The notes beneath the pieces were generated by a model that saw only the letters and a program-made list of their open reading frames with translations, searched no databases and was not told the origin of the DNA. A stretch of DNA of 64,000 nt, from positions 63,924,001 through 63,988,000 of the forward strand of contig CM052816.1 of NCBI GenBank assembly GCA_028534125.1, read 5' to 3'. Position 1 is the first letter of the stretch, and every line of letters starts with the position of its first letter. This DNA is from Lama glama. Taxonomy: Eukaryota. The translations under genes were made by a program, and so were the position numbers. Shown here in pieces: positions 62,705 to 64,000 of the stretch.

Positions 62705-62880
62705 GAAGACACAGAACAGGACTCAAGTCCTAGCTCTCCCTCTTGGTGCCCTTAGGAAGATGATTTGTACCCTGGGCTTGGGTTTGTGTCCAGAAGAGAT
62801 GGCTGCCCTTTGGGCCAGGATTACACAAAGTGATGGATATAGAGCACTTAGCTCCCAGGGCTGGCCTGTGTCCCTGTTAG
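62705..62880 (+). mobile_element. MIR SINE (degenerate)
   Basis: caagtcctagctct...ggatta...tagagcacttagc. Confidence 0.55.
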
Positions 62881-62904
62881 ATCCCTTTGCTTCCTGACCC
62901 ACTG

Positions 62905-63155
62905 TCATTACCATGATATCTACTGAACCCACATTAGGGGGCCAGACACTATGCCAAGCTAGGCATGAACAGAATTGTTCCTGGTGGTACCATTGTGTTC
63001 ATACAACTCTTCATTTAATCCTCACACAACCTTGAAGGCTTTGTATGACAATCCTTCTTCCACAAATAGGAAATCTAAAGCTTAGACAGGGAAACCACAC
63101 TGAGAAGGGGAAAGCCAGGATTTCACTTCGATATTTCTGATTCCCAAAACTCTTC
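62905..63155 (-). mobile_element. MIR SINE
   Basis: gccagacactatgccaag...tcatttaatcctcacacaacc...gccaggattt. Confidence 0.8.
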
Positions 63156-63163
63156 TTTTAATT

Positions 63164-63327
63164 CAGTGGTTCTCAACTCTGGCTATCTGCGGAGCTTCTC
63201 AAACACTGATGCCAGGACTCCCTACTCAAAGCCAGTCGAATGGGGTGGAGGTGAGGCTGAACATCTGTTGCCTTTGAAAGTTACAGGAAGAATCTAATCT
63301 GATGCTCAGTAAGGGATGAAACCACTA
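63164..63327 (-). mobile_element. MER5B-like hAT MITE
   Basis: cagtggttctcaactctggct...actgatgcc...gaaaccacta. Confidence 0.75.
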
Positions 63328-63624
63328 TCTTAATTATGCTCCCCTGCCTACCCTACCTACCACTGTCCATGCCCGCAAACTAGGGCTTCTTAACAAAGGC
63401 ATTTCAAATACCGGCTGCTCAAAAATAATTGGACTAGTGTTCACCATTTATGAAAGGCCTACTTTGGACTGGGCACTTGATGTTATCTTTGATTCTCCTG
63501 CCCACTGTGCAGCAATGAAATGTGGTCAGTTTTCCTGATTCAAAGAACTTACATAAATAACTTACTGCCTGTGCAAATAAGCCCTCAGGAAATAGTATTG
63601 TTAATATCACCATCATCCTCACCG

Positions 63625-63930
63625 TCATCATCCTCTCTTGACTCCTCACAGCAGCCTCCAGACCAATTGACTCTGTCTCCTAAATATCCAGGGAACCCGA
63701 TCACTTCTCACTGTCCTATCTCCACCTCTTAACCAGATAACCATCTCACCTGAACAGCTGTGATAGGCTTCTAACAAGTCCCTGCACCTGACTTTATGCT
63801 CCTCCAATCCATCTTCTATAGAGCAGCTAGGGTGATCTTTTAAAAACACAAATATTTAACCTTCCTTGTAAAATAGTGATAGCTCTCAGGCCACCGTGTG
63901 AGGTCTGGTAGGCTGAGCCCTTCATAAAAG
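63625..63930 (+). mobile_element. L2 LINE fragment
   Basis: ctcctaaatatc...catctcacctgaac...ctccaatccatctt...gcagctagggtgatcttttaaaaacacaaat. Confidence 0.8.
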
Positions 63931-64000
63931 CGCCTGGTGGAGGGGCAAGTGGGCGCTACATCTCCCTGCTCTGCTGGCCAAGTCTGCTGGACCGGGAGAC

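Noticed and set aside
62705..63155. Inverted MIR pair as a potential dsRNA
   Set aside because: Copies are too diverged to pair extensively.
1..64000. CRISPR arrays, operons, rRNA, NUMT or a processed pseudogene
   Set aside because: Sequence is mammalian non-coding DNA; I saw no spaced repeat array, mitochondrial-like tract or recognisable host-gene remnant.

Overview
Mammalian genomic DNA, almost certainly camelid (camel/alpaca/llama): it carries a tRNA-Ala-derived vic-1-type SINE at 38999-39212 and young artiodactyl-type L1s. I recognise no protein-coding gene. Almost all ORFs in the track are chance ORFs or transposon remnants, so the window looks intergenic or deep intronic. About a third is recognisable interspersed repeat: MIR, L2, L3/CR1, old and young L1, HAL1, MaLR (MLT1) LTRs, ERVL LTRs and internal sequence, and hAT/TcMar DNA-transposon fossils. 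The rest includes several repeat-free, motif-dense blocks that look like conserved non-coding enhancers, plus a few segments bounded by splice signals. The best-supported observations are: (1) a twin-primed, 5'-inverted L1 with a perfect 14-bp TSD and a short putative 3' transduction, nested in an older L1; (2) an internally deleted two-LTR ERVL provirus keeping gag, integrase-end and dUTPase remnants; (3) a young L1 whose TSDs span the 100-N gap, implying about 2 kb or more of missing sequence; (4) a composite SINE + L1-3'-end + extra-tail insertion; (5) an open, exon-like 151-nt segment on the minus strand. I found no evidence of a new multi-gene system. Repeat family names come from remembered consensus sequences, not a database search, and boundaries of old repeats are approximate.
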